In this document: positions 10,191 through 18,699 of the stretch, piece after piece | Numbering within the stretch: the first letter of the stretch is position 1 | Layout: each line of letters opens with the position of its first letter | DNA from: Candidatus Nomurabacteria bacterium | GTDB lineage: Bacteria; Patescibacteriota; Minisyncoccia; Phycocordibacterales; UBA5272 | Reading direction: 5' to 3' | Assembly: GCA_028286645.1 (NCBI GenBank) | Contig: JAQBRF010000002.1 | Coordinates: forward strand, 58,518-122,517 | Length of the DNA stretch: 64,000 nucleotides | Notes under the pieces: generated by a model | What the model was told of the DNA's origin: nothing | What the model saw: the letters and a program-made list of their open reading frames with translations, nothing else | The model's database searches: none | Program-made: the position numbers and the translations under genes

Positions 10191-10327
10191 AGGTGCGCCT
10201 TACCGAACCTTCATTCGTTTCACTCCTTTTGGTTTTAAGAACCCACGGTTCTCAACGCTCGTAAACTCGCTGCTCTCCTCCACATGAAAACTCCCGTTTT
10301 CTTGACACCTTTCCCACCAGTAGACAC

Positions 10328-10369
10328 AAGTTCAAATCCCGATAGGTATACCTATCGGGATTTGAACTT
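10328..10369. repeat. Perfect 42-bp palindrome built from two inverted tRNA-His 3'-end-like halves
   Basis: AAGTTCAAATCCCGATAGGTATACCTATCGGGATTTGAACTT equals its own reverse complement; half-site cctatcgggatttgaac differs by 2 nt from tRNA-His cctaccgggattcgaac; a further gtgtgcctaccggga copy follows at 10373..10390. Confidence 0.8.
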
Positions 10370-10572
10370 TCTGTGTGCCTACCGGGACTTACTTGGAACA
10401 CCATAGAAAAACAAATAACTTCGTAGAAAAACATCTTTGTTTCTGACATATATAAAGATTACATTTCTAATAAGCCCCAATTTATATGAGTCCTCGCCCA
10501 TTTGTCGTAAAAAGGTATTACCGTATCTGATATTAAACACCATTCGTATCTAAATCTACTTACTGCTATTAT

Positions 10573-11514
10573 TTGCTTATGCAGAAACGACATCATTTTA
10601 TACCCGATTCCTATCAGAGAAATTTTATTAACAATGAGGGAAAAGTATGGGTATTAGATAAAGAAAAAAAACTTTTTCAGACTAATCCTACAAACATCTT
10701 TGCGGAGGCGTACTTCTATTTACTTCCTGGCACTACCGAGGAAGAACAGTTGCGAGTAGAAAATCTGTTAGGTCTTATCGAAACCGACTTCGGGGCAATC
10801 TATAAGGAGAAAATTAATATAGGGCTTCAGATGACGCAAATGGAAAAAGGCAAACTTTCATACTTTGTTGCATGTATGTACCTGCGGACTAAATTTATGC
10901 GTAATCAGAATCTTGATATGTATAAAAAAATGAGGTCTGCAATGCAGGAGTGGGGAGAACATTATAAAAACATGTCTGATGAGCAGAAAGAAACATTTGC
11001 TTCTCTTCACCATTCAAGTGATAGTGCGACTATTACGATAGATGACATGGACTATGCTATCGAAAATAATAATGAAATTCATACTGAACAACTTATATCC
11101 CTTCTTCCAGAGATTGCTGATATTTTATTTAATATGGAGTAGTTTTTTTTGAGCCCTCAGAATACCAACAAAACTTTTATAAGTTCTGATAATCCTTTTT
11201 GTATGATAAGACCAGAAGCTATTGCAAAATTTGGTCTCAATAAATTTGGAAGTCTACCTGGTCTAAAGGCTAAAGACGTAGAAGTTTCACTTCCTCTTTC
11301 ATCTACTAAAATGCTATTTATGAGTTGGAACTTAAAATCAGAGGTGTTCATGAAAATACCAGATGATAATGTCGATGTATTTAATGCTCGAAGTAGATTA
11401 CATGCTCATGATAAATTAATAGCCTCGAATAAAGAGGTCCTTCAGGAGATTGTTGATAAATCAGACGGAAAAGATAAGAACGATTTTAATATGTTTGATT
11501 TCGAAACTAAGTAG
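10573..11514 (+). pseudogene. DUF4238-family gene split by an in-frame stop (ORFs 10573..11142 and 11149..11514)
   Basis: N-terminal HHFIPDSYQRNF...VWVLDK matches the DUF4238 H-x-x-P-x-x-Y...F signature; the second ORF continues directly after a stop and contains SDNPF; combined length ~310 aa is typical for the family. Confidence 0.5.
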
Positions 11515-11541
11515 AGGATTAGACTTTATATACTCTGTAAG

Positions 11542-11733
11542 TTACTTAAACTTACAGTCAGTTAAGTACCCTCTTTCGTCGATAACTGCCATGCCCACTT
11601 GCTTACGGCACCTTATAACATCTTGATTTGAATCTCCTATGTGTACACCTGGGTAATGCGCCTCTTTAGGTTCATTTGCTTTTATAGAAAAAACCCCAGC
11701 AATTAATACAATAATTATTAAAAAATACTTCAT
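11542..11733 (-). CDS. Small secreted protein (signal peptide MKYFLIIIVLIAGVFS)
   Basis: Track ORF trimmed to internal ATG preceding the hydrophobic signal; hairpin terminator directly downstream at ~11521..11545. Confidence 0.35.
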   Translation of the reverse strand: MKYFLIIIVLIAGVFSIKANEPKEAHYPGVHIGDSNQDVIRCRKQVGMAVIDERGYLTDCKFK

Positions 11734-12074
11734 ATTTGCATTTTGGAAGCAAAAAGCCCCCAAGGTTGACGACCTTTCGGCCGCCCATATCCGTTTCCAG
11801 ATACGTCTCACTACAAACAAACTCTTGGAACCGTAATTACTCAATGTGATAATAGTTTTGCAACTACTTGTTATGGAAACCATGGGGGCCTACCGGGAAT
11901 TTCTTCGACAAGTATTTGTTCGCCGCCGCTCACAAATCTCGCCTCCCGCCCCTCGCCCATTTTCCTTGCTAGAAAAATATGGCTGTGGTCTTCGAATCCG
12001 GACGTAAACAAAGCAGTTTGTTTACTTAGGCACACCAAATACAAAAACGGCCATAAAGACCGTTTTTGTATTTG

Positions 12075-12179
12075 GTGTGCCTAGTCGAGACACCGGTCGA
12101 ACTTCTCGCGAAATTGCAGAGATGTTTTTAAGCACTATCCCGCAGGCAACGTCTCGACGTCCTGATGTCCCTACTACAC
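12075..12179. repeat. ~105-bp direct repeat copy 1 (begins with tRNA-His 3'-end-like gtgtgcctagtcgagacaccggtcgaac)
   Basis: About 80% identical to 13223..13327; preceded by a perfect 20-bp-stem hairpin 12029..12081. Confidence 0.75.
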
Positions 12180-12560
12180 AGCAGAATCTTCGTCTGCAGT
12201 AGTTCGCTTCTGTCTTTTTTCTTCTTGATAGTCATTCCAGAGAAGCAGCAGAAAGTCACTCATAGCTGCGTCAGCTTGACGAAGTTCTTCTTCGGTGAAG
12301 TCCGGGAAGATCTCGCGAATCACTGGTGCGACTTCCATATCTTCGGGTAGGCGTTTGGGGTGCATGGGGCGATGGGAGGCTCTGAGGTTATTAGGCAGAG
12401 CTAACGCTATCCATAGCACGATATTGACAAATGTCCAAAATATGATTGGATATAAGTAAGTAGTTCTTGTCCTCAGTATTTGGTTGCGGAATGAAGTTCG
12501 AGACTTAAGCAGTTCGCGAATTTCTCCCCTAACCAAGACGAGGTCAGCATGCAGATCCAC
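12174..12560 (-). CDS. Hypothetical membrane protein in GC-rich insert (alternative to or overlapping the 12549 ORF start)
   Basis: One predicted TM helix; long ORFs in GC-rich DNA can be spurious. Confidence 0.3.
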   Translation of the reverse strand: MDLHADLVLVRGEIRELLKSRTSFRNQILRTRTTYLYPIIFWTFVNIVLWIALALPNNLRASHRPMHPKRLPEDMEVAPVIREIFPDFTEEELRQADAAMSDFLLLLWNDYQEEKRQKRTTADEDSAV

Positions 12561-13013
12561 GAGAAGATTGGAAAGTTGGGTGCATCGGTATTCCTGATGT
12601 CAATGATCCCGAACACTCCCGAAGGGAACGAAGCGATCGACACTATGCTTGCGAAAGCGGGCGCGCAGATGCTGCTGTGGTGCAACGCGCTTTACTATCC
12701 GACGATGGAGTTCGCCGAGTGGGTGCATCAACAAGAAACTCGCATTGAGGAGCGTTTCAAGGCAAACCCTGCTTTGGATCGCATGAAAAAAGAGGCGGAT
12801 TTCCTTCTCGAAGCCCACTGGGATCAGGAGTTAGAAGAAGCTCGCGAGGAATACGCAAACGATCCCGAGCATCGAGCTATGGTGGCCCGAATCAACGAGA
12901 AGATCGAGGAGCGGCTCGCCGCGGATCCGGAACTACGTCGGGAGTTTGAGGAAGGACTGGCAGCACATATCGCTCTTGTCTGCGAACAAAGCGCCCGCAA
13001 ACGGATTCACTAA
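12549..13013 (+). CDS. Hypothetical Ala/Glu-rich protein in GC-rich insert
   Basis: GC3-rich codon usage unlike the surrounding genome; SD-like ACGAGGT 5 nt before the ATG. Confidence 0.4.
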   Translation: MQIHEKIGKLGASVFLMSMIPNTPEGNEAIDTMLAKAGAQMLLWCNALYYPTMEFAEWVHQQETRIEERFKANPALDRMKKEADFLLEAHWDQELEEAREEYANDPEHRAMVARINEKIEERLAADPELRREFEEGLAAHIALVCEQSARKRIH

Positions 13014-13222
13014 CATTCTCCTTCTGGGAAAACACTTCAGGCGGCCCTCCCGGGCTGCCTTTTTACTTTTGATGCCAAATAGAGAAAGTATCCGTCAAGA
13101 ACACACTTTGCAAAAGTGTACAAGGCTGGTCGAGGAGAAAACGCTTACTCTGTAAGTCTCATTTGCAATGCAACAAATTACTTTCTCCGCAAGACTACAA
13201 AAATTGCCAAATTTTCCTATTA

Positions 13223-13327
13223 GTGTGCCTACTCGGGACACCGGTCGAACTTTGAGTGAAATTGCCGAGTTGTTTTTAAGCGTCATTCCGCAGCCAACAT
13301 CTCCACGTCCTAACATCTCTACTCACT
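13223..13327. repeat. ~105-bp direct repeat copy 2
   Basis: gtgtgcctactcgggacaccggtcgaactttgagtgaaattgccgagttgtttttaagcgtcattccgcagccaacatctccacgtcctaacatctctactcac. Confidence 0.75.
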
Positions 13328-13875
13328 AACAGCGGCCCTTCAAAATTGACAGCTTGAGTATGCGTGTTAGGCTGAAATTGGATATCGCTTTACATATCCT
13401 CATAGTCGAGCCCCATGAACTCCGCAGCCCGGAGTGCCAACGACCTCCTATGACCGCCATTGCGGCTTAGCCCCTTCCGAATCGGAGGGGCATTTTTGTT
13501 TCTCAGAGTTGCCTCTCGGTCCCAATATGTAACCGTTACGCGCTTTGAGGTTTTGTCTATGCTAAATGTGGTCGATATTATTAGCCAAGACCAAGAACAC
13601 ATATGGAAACACTAGGAGACCGCTTCCTTGCGCCAACCGCTCGGGAGAACCTCTTTGAGTCAATAGACTATCTTCACGAATCGATTCGTAATGCACGCGA
13701 ATGCGTGTACGACATCGAGCGAAGCATAGACGCTTCGCTTGATGAGATTCGAGGAAAGAAGCCTGAGGCAGCTCAAGAGAAGAAGTAGGGTGTAGCTAAT
13801 ACACCCCTCTCACGAAGACGAATATCGTGGGGGACATGGATTTAAGTTGCAGAAACGCAATGCGATTTGAATCTG

Positions 13876-13949
13876 TGTGCCTACCGGGATTCGAACCCGG
13901 ACTGAGGGCTCCACAAGCCCGCGTGCTAACCATTACACTATAGGCACCA
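13876..13949 (-). tRNA. tRNA-His (GTG)
   Basis: Reverse complement GGTGCCTATAGTGTAATGGTTAGCAC...cuuGUGgag...GGTTCGAATCCCGGTAGGCACA; cloverleaf with G-1; no encoded CCA. Confidence 0.85.
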
Positions 13950-14035
13950 TCTGCTACATTCATTTCTGAATTAGGCCTTTACTCTAACATGATTTCAAGA
14001 TTTTTCGAAGAAATTATGATAGTATTTCCTTACTT

Positions 14036-14119
14036 GCCCAGGTGGCGAAACTGGTAGACGCACTACCTTGAGGTGGTAGCGCTGGCAACGGCATGGAGGT
14101 TCAAGTCCTCTCCTGGGCA
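14036..14119 (+). tRNA. tRNA-Leu (GAG), long variable arm
   Basis: GCCCAGGTGGCGAAACTGGTAGACGC...cttGAGgt...GGTTCAAGTCCTCTCCTGGGCA. Confidence 0.85.
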
Positions 14120-14385
14120 CAATTTTTTAAACGGCTTCGGCCGTTTTAAATTTGGGCGACACCTGCGTGTCGTACGTAAGGACTTCCGGAGTATGATCCC
14201 GTTTTCTTAGATTATAATCAATCTCTTGAAATCGCAGTCCTTTAGGATTTTGCGAGCACGCAAAACGACGAGGAGTGGCCGGCGAACTTTTCTGCTCGGC
14301 GGAGAGAAAAGATTTGTCGAAAAGGCCCTCCTCTACACAAGTCAACTTTTAAATTAAAATCTCGATCTTTCGATCGAGATTTTAA

Positions 14386-14814
14386 TTATGCTGCGACTTC
14401 TTCTGGAGCCTCTTCTTTCGCTACTTCCATTGTAGTAGTTGACCCTTTCTTTACCACGCGAGTGTCTTCCTTCAACTTTCGGCGTACATCTCTAAGAGCC
14501 TTATCACGAACATAGTAAAGCTTACTTCGTCTTGTTCTTGAGCGTCGAACAATTTCAATCTTATCAATCATCACTGAATAAAGAGGGAAAATTCTCTCTA
14601 CTCCTACGCCTGAAGTAACCTTTCGTATTGTAAATGTAGCCCCCATTTCAGCTCCGTGCTTACGAGCAAGAACCATTCCTTCAAAGGCTTGAAGACGGGT
14701 CTTTCCGTCAGACTCTTTAATTTTATTCCAGACACGAACAACGTCTCCGGATGAAAAATCCAAAGCTTTTCGCTCATCCATGTTGACGGGTGTGAATTTA
14801 ATAGTAGTTTTCAT
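14386..14814 (-). CDS. rplS: 50S ribosomal protein L19
   Basis: FSSGDVVRVW...MIDKIEIVRRSRTRRSKLYYVR typical of L19. Confidence 0.9.
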   Translation of the reverse strand: MKTTIKFTPVNMDERKALDFSSGDVVRVWNKIKESDGKTRLQAFEGMVLARKHGAEMGATFTIRKVTSGVGVERIFPLYSVMIDKIEIVRRSRTRRSKLYYVRDKALRDVRRKLKEDTRVVKKGSTTTMEVAKEEAPEEVAA

Positions 14815-14873
14815 AAGATGCTCTTAGTAGGAAAATACTATCACGAATTATGGCCTTTTGCAAGCGGGAATCT

Positions 14874-15605
14874 TCAGTCTACCCCCTTAAAATTAAGTGC
14901 TTTTAAGGAAGCTTTCATGTCCTTAGGAATTGGAGAAATGATCGTCATTTTTTCTTTGCCGGCATTCTCTAATGGAACTTCAAGAGTAATGGAGTATGCA
15001 TGAAGCATAGACCTTGGCGCTTCATTTTTGCCTTTAAAAGAACCATACAGATCGTCACCTAAAATGGAATGCCTTATGCCTCGGAAATGCGCTCGGATCT
15101 GATGAGTGCGCCCTGTCACTGGATACACTTCTACATATGAATAATGTTTCCCATCAGGAGATAATGACCTTTCTAAAACCTTATATCTAGTTATTGCATC
15201 CCGCTCCTCCCCTCTTTGATCTTTCGCAAACATATCTACTACTGTTCGCTTGCGGAAATCGCTTCGTGCGCGTGCTATTGGAAGAGAAATCATGCCTGTA
15301 TCGTTTCTTATATGCCCTTCTACTATTGCCCGATATACCTTACGCACCGTGTGATCTTTGAATTGTTTTTTAAAACTTGTATATGCCACATTATCTTTAG
15401 CAAGCACAAGCACTCCAGTAGTATTTCTGTCGAGGCGATGTACTATTCCTTCTCTTCCTTCATCTCCAATTAAAACTTTGTAGGTATCTTTTACCCAGTC
15501 TGCGATAGTATATTCGGACTGTCTGCCATCCGGATGCACCATAATACCCGCCGGCTTATCAATTATGACGGCGTGAAAGTTTTCAAAAAGAATAGGGATT
15601 TTCAT
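14874..15605 (-). CDS. RluA-family pseudouridine synthase
   Basis: HRLDRNTTGVLVLAK catalytic Asp motif. Confidence 0.85.
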   Translation of the reverse strand: MKIPILFENFHAVIIDKPAGIMVHPDGRQSEYTIADWVKDTYKVLIGDEGREGIVHRLDRNTTGVLVLAKDNVAYTSFKKQFKDHTVRKVYRAIVEGHIRNDTGMISLPIARARSDFRKRTVVDMFAKDQRGEERDAITRYKVLERSLSPDGKHYSYVEVYPVTGRTHQIRAHFRGIRHSILGDDLYGSFKGKNEAPRSMLHAYSITLEVPLENAGKEKMTIISPIPKDMKASLKALNFKGVD

Positions 15606-15656
15606 ACTGCCTACTCTACCATATTTTATATGTGAACTACGAGCCTTTAATCCGTG

Positions 15657-16364
15657 CTAATTTAGCATAAACGGATTAAAGTTCGTACCTCTGTCGTAAG
15701 TATCTAAGCCTTCCTTGTGTTTAATAAATTTTATTACTCTGTGTGTAACAGGTAATGCGATTATTTCCCAAGCCGTACAGAAAACAACGGTAGATATTGT
15801 TAGCGGAATAACTTCATGTAATGGAAACCATCCGGCAAAGTAAAACGCTGAGAAAAAAGCTATGGAATTATCGACTGTTTGCCCGAAAAATGTAGACACG
15901 ATAAGGCGCGCGTGCATAAACTTTCCATTCGTCAACAGCTTCATTTTTGCAACAACAAAAGAATTCGTTAACTCTCCCAGAAAGTTCGCGACGAGGAATC
16001 CGAGTGCAACTATTGGTGAGGCCCTAAAAATCACGTCAAAGGCTTCGTTGTATGGAAAGGCAGGGTTGGGCACGAAACTGTATAAAGATGTAAGAGTTGT
16101 GGAAAGAATCATACAAGTAAATCCTGTCCAGATAATTTTCCTGGTCACCCTATAACCATAAACTTCAGTAAATATGTCTGCGAATATATAAACGAATGGA
16201 TAAGCAATGGCACCAACAGAAAAAACAAAGTCGCCAATATAAAAAGTTTTTAAGGCGGTAAAAGTAGAAACAAGATAAAAAGTAAGCCAAAGCATGCCAA
16301 AAACACCTAGGTACTTATGCACCGAGCTTGCTGAAGTCGTTGGATCAGTTATAAGATGTTGCAT
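15657..16364 (-). CDS. Multi-pass membrane protein, possible queuosine-precursor transporter (YhhQ/DUF165-like)
   Basis: Six or more TM helices; weak resemblance only. Confidence 0.45.
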   Translation of the reverse strand: MQHLITDPTTSASSVHKYLGVFGMLWLTFYLVSTFTALKTFYIGDFVFSVGAIAYPFVYIFADIFTEVYGYRVTRKIIWTGFTCMILSTTLTSLYSFVPNPAFPYNEAFDVIFRASPIVALGFLVANFLGELTNSFVVAKMKLLTNGKFMHARLIVSTFFGQTVDNSIAFFSAFYFAGWFPLHEVIPLTISTVVFCTAWEIIALPVTHRVIKFIKHKEGLDTYDRGTNFNPFMLN

Positions 16365-16572
16365 CGCGAGAAAATTAATTAAAGATTGACTTCAGTGGCT
16401 TCGTTTGGACTTGATAATCTTTTATCTCCACCAGTTATTTCTAATTGTCTAATGAGCATTTGTCAAAATAAAAGTGCCTAAAATTACTTATATTTCATGT
16501 AAATAAACCGTTTCTATATGTTTTTTGTCAAAATAGTCGACAAAAAGCAGATAGAAATGTTAGGCTATTTCT

Positions 16573-17319
16573 ATGGATAAAGCACTCGTGACATCGTTGG
16601 AAGAAATAGGATTTAAGCACAAAGAGGCTTTGGTTTATGTAGCTTTAACATCTGTTGGAGAAAGCCAGGTGAGCGAGCTTGCGATATTAACAAAACTAAA
16701 GAGGCCGATAATCTACGTAATCTTGGAAGATCTAATTAAAAGAGGCTTCGTCTCTAAGTTGCCCGGGAAGAAAGTAAATACATACCATGCATTTGATGCG
16801 GACATTATTCTGAAAAAGTTAAAGTCGAGCATCACCCACTTTGACGAACTTATTCCCGTCTTTAAAACATTAAGAAATCGAGGCGGCGTTCGACCGAAGA
16901 TTTCATACATAGAAACAAAAGAAGGTATAGAAAATTTGCTAGAAGAAATAAACTATACGGTCTCCCCTCTTTTTATATCTTCCTATGCAAGATTTGAGCA
17001 TCATTTCCCCGGAGTGCTAATGCGCTGGATAAAAAATTATAAAAAAGGCCTCTATAAAAAACTGGTAGGTCGTCATATAGTTCCAGACGATAAAAAAGAA
17101 TTCTTTTATGCGAAAGCCTTCCTTGGCATTAAACAGAATGTACGAACGCTTTCAATATTGAAAGAAAATAAAATGGATATTTCTATTTATGCAGATAAAA
17201 TTTCAATAACAAACCTCGGGGACGCTCTTTTTGCTGTTGTTATCGAATCAAAAGATTTGGTCGGCTCTATACGTCCTATTTTTGAATTAGCTTGGCAAAA
17301 CGCAAAAGAGATAAAGTAA
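16573..17319 (+). CDS. TrmB-like HTH transcriptional regulator
   Basis: N-terminal LEEIGFKHKEALVYVALTSVGESQVSELA winged-helix motif. Confidence 0.5.
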   Translation: MDKALVTSLEEIGFKHKEALVYVALTSVGESQVSELAILTKLKRPIIYVILEDLIKRGFVSKLPGKKVNTYHAFDADIILKKLKSSITHFDELIPVFKTLRNRGGVRPKISYIETKEGIENLLEEINYTVSPLFISSYARFEHHFPGVLMRWIKNYKKGLYKKLVGRHIVPDDKKEFFYAKAFLGIKQNVRTLSILKENKMDISIYADKISITNLGDALFAVVIESKDLVGSIRPIFELAWQNAKEIK

Positions 17320-17329
17320 AAACATTTCT

Positions 17330-17350
17330 GTGGGAGATACAGGACTCGAC
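17330..17350. repeat. Direct duplicate of the tRNA-Val 3' end (att-like scar)
   Basis: gtgggagatacaggactcga repeats tRNA-Val 17468..17487, 117 bp away. Confidence 0.6.
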
Positions 17351-17464
17351 TACAAGTTTTCTTTCGCCGTCGCTCAAGAAACTCGCAGCCCGCGGCTCGT
17401 GGTTTTTCTTGTTAGAAAAACATCACTGCGCCCTTCTCGTCCTGCAAAACAAAACCATTTGTTT

Positions 17465-17540
17465 TGGTGGGAGATACAGGACTCGAACCTGTGACCTTCT
17501 CGGTGTAAACGAGTTGCTCTACCAACTGAGCTAATCTCCC
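17465..17540 (-). tRNA. tRNA-Val (TAC), CCA encoded
   Basis: Reverse complement GGGAGATTAGCTCAGTTGGTAGAGC...uuUACac...GGTTCGAGTCCTGTATCTCCCACCA. Confidence 0.85.
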
Positions 17541-17645
17541 AATGTGTTAAAATATACTACCTTATTTTTAGGCTTTTAACAAGAACCAACATATACAAAA
17601 AGCTTCCGATATGTAAGTTTTTTTGCTAGTATTGTCGTATTCATT

Positions 17646-17717
17646 GCCCCTGTAGTTAAATGGATATAACTGCGGACTTCTAAGCCGTTATTGCAGGTTC
17701 GATTCCTGCCGGGGGCA
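17646..17717 (+). tRNA. tRNA-Arg (TCT)
   Basis: GCCCCTGTAGTTAAATGGATATAAC...cuUCUaa...GGTTCGATTCCTGCCGGGGGCA. Confidence 0.75.
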
Positions 17718-17984
17718 CAAAACGTAAAGAAAATCATATCTCTAAAAGATTTTAGTTTTGGTGTGCGTAAGTGTGCTTTTAAAAAGTTTTATTCCTGACT
17801 TTTTAAAACCACGAGGCGGGGTCGAGAGTACTTATGAGCAACTCACACTTTAGGGTGATTAGCGCAATTAGTAACTCGTGACCAAGGGGTAAACAGTCTG
17901 ATAAGATATTCTGTCGAAACTCCAAATATGGTAAAATATTCAAGTACCTGCAAATGAAATAAAAATTTAATTAAATCATAAATT

Positions 17985-18503
17985 ATGAATAACAAAACAC
18001 TTGTTACAATTATTATTATCTTAGTAATACTTATTGGGGGGTATTATCTTCTCAGAGGAAACAACTCCATGAGCAATATGGGCGTAACTCCGTCAGGACA
18101 AACACAGACGACTAATAATGCTAATGGGGCAGATTATCAGCCGAATCAAACAGGAACTACGGCAACCACTTCCACAACAGGAACGGTCTCTGGCTCAGCT
18201 GGCGCCGATATAACAACAGGCGGACAGACAGTTAAGAGCTTTACTGTGACAGGCCAAAACTTTTCTTTCTCTCCTGCTGCTATGACAGTGAATAAAGGAG
18301 ACAAGGTTAGAATCACATTTAAGAATGGACAAGGAACTCATAATCTAGTTATTGATGAATATAACGTTAATACTGGAGTAATAGGAAGTGGTGCTGAAAA
18401 GACTGTTGAATTCACCGCGGATAAAACAGGAAGCTTCGAATACTATTGTTCAGTAGGAAATCACCGAGCAATGGGAATGCACGGAACTCTTACAGTTAAA
18501 TAA
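17985..18503 (+). CDS. Cupredoxin (plastocyanin/azurin-like blue copper protein), membrane-anchored with Thr/Gly-rich linker
   Basis: GTHNL...YYCSVGNHRAMGMHG gives a type-1 copper His/Cys/His/Met ligand set; hairpin terminator 18519..18556. Confidence 0.7.
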   Translation: MNNKTLVTIIIILVILIGGYYLLRGNNSMSNMGVTPSGQTQTTNNANGADYQPNQTGTTATTSTTGTVSGSAGADITTGGQTVKSFTVTGQNFSFSPAAMTVNKGDKVRITFKNGQGTHNLVIDEYNVNTGVIGSGAEKTVEFTADKTGSFEYYCSVGNHRAMGMHGTLTVK

Positions 18504-18576
18504 GACAGCGAGAAATTAAAACCTCCGCCAAACTACCTGGAGGAGGTTTTAATTTTGTTTGTTATACTAATCTTTA

Positions 18577-18699
18577 TGAAATCCAAAAATATTATTTTAC
18601 TGGTAGTTATTGTTGCAGTTATTTGTGCCGCTGTTGGATATTATTACGGATATAACTCTGGCCTTGATAGAGCTGTAAACATTTTAGGAAAACAATAAA
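18577..18699 (+). CDS. Small membrane peptide (40 aa) immediately upstream of murI
   Basis: MKSKNIILLVVIVAVICAAVGYYYGYNSGLDRAVNILGKQ; not in the ORF track (<60 aa). Confidence 0.3.

Noticed and set aside
3420-10200. Integron (attC) interpretation of repeat element B
   Set aside because: B sits 3' of cassettes like an attC. However, I could not find R''/L''-L'/R' core symmetry (GTTRRRY) or an intI gene, and each cassette has its own promoter. Described as a repeat family only.
10252-10449. ORF 10252..10449 (-)
   Set aside because: Spans the 42-bp palindrome and tRNA-His fragments; translation is junk.
17292-17534. ORF 17292..17534 (+)
   Set aside because: Overlaps tRNA-Val on the opposite strand and the tRNA-fragment scar; no coding signal.
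17720-17980. Possible structured RNA after tRNA-Arg(TCT)
   Set aside because: Some stem potential (cacgaggcggggtcgagag...) but no recognisable family signature.
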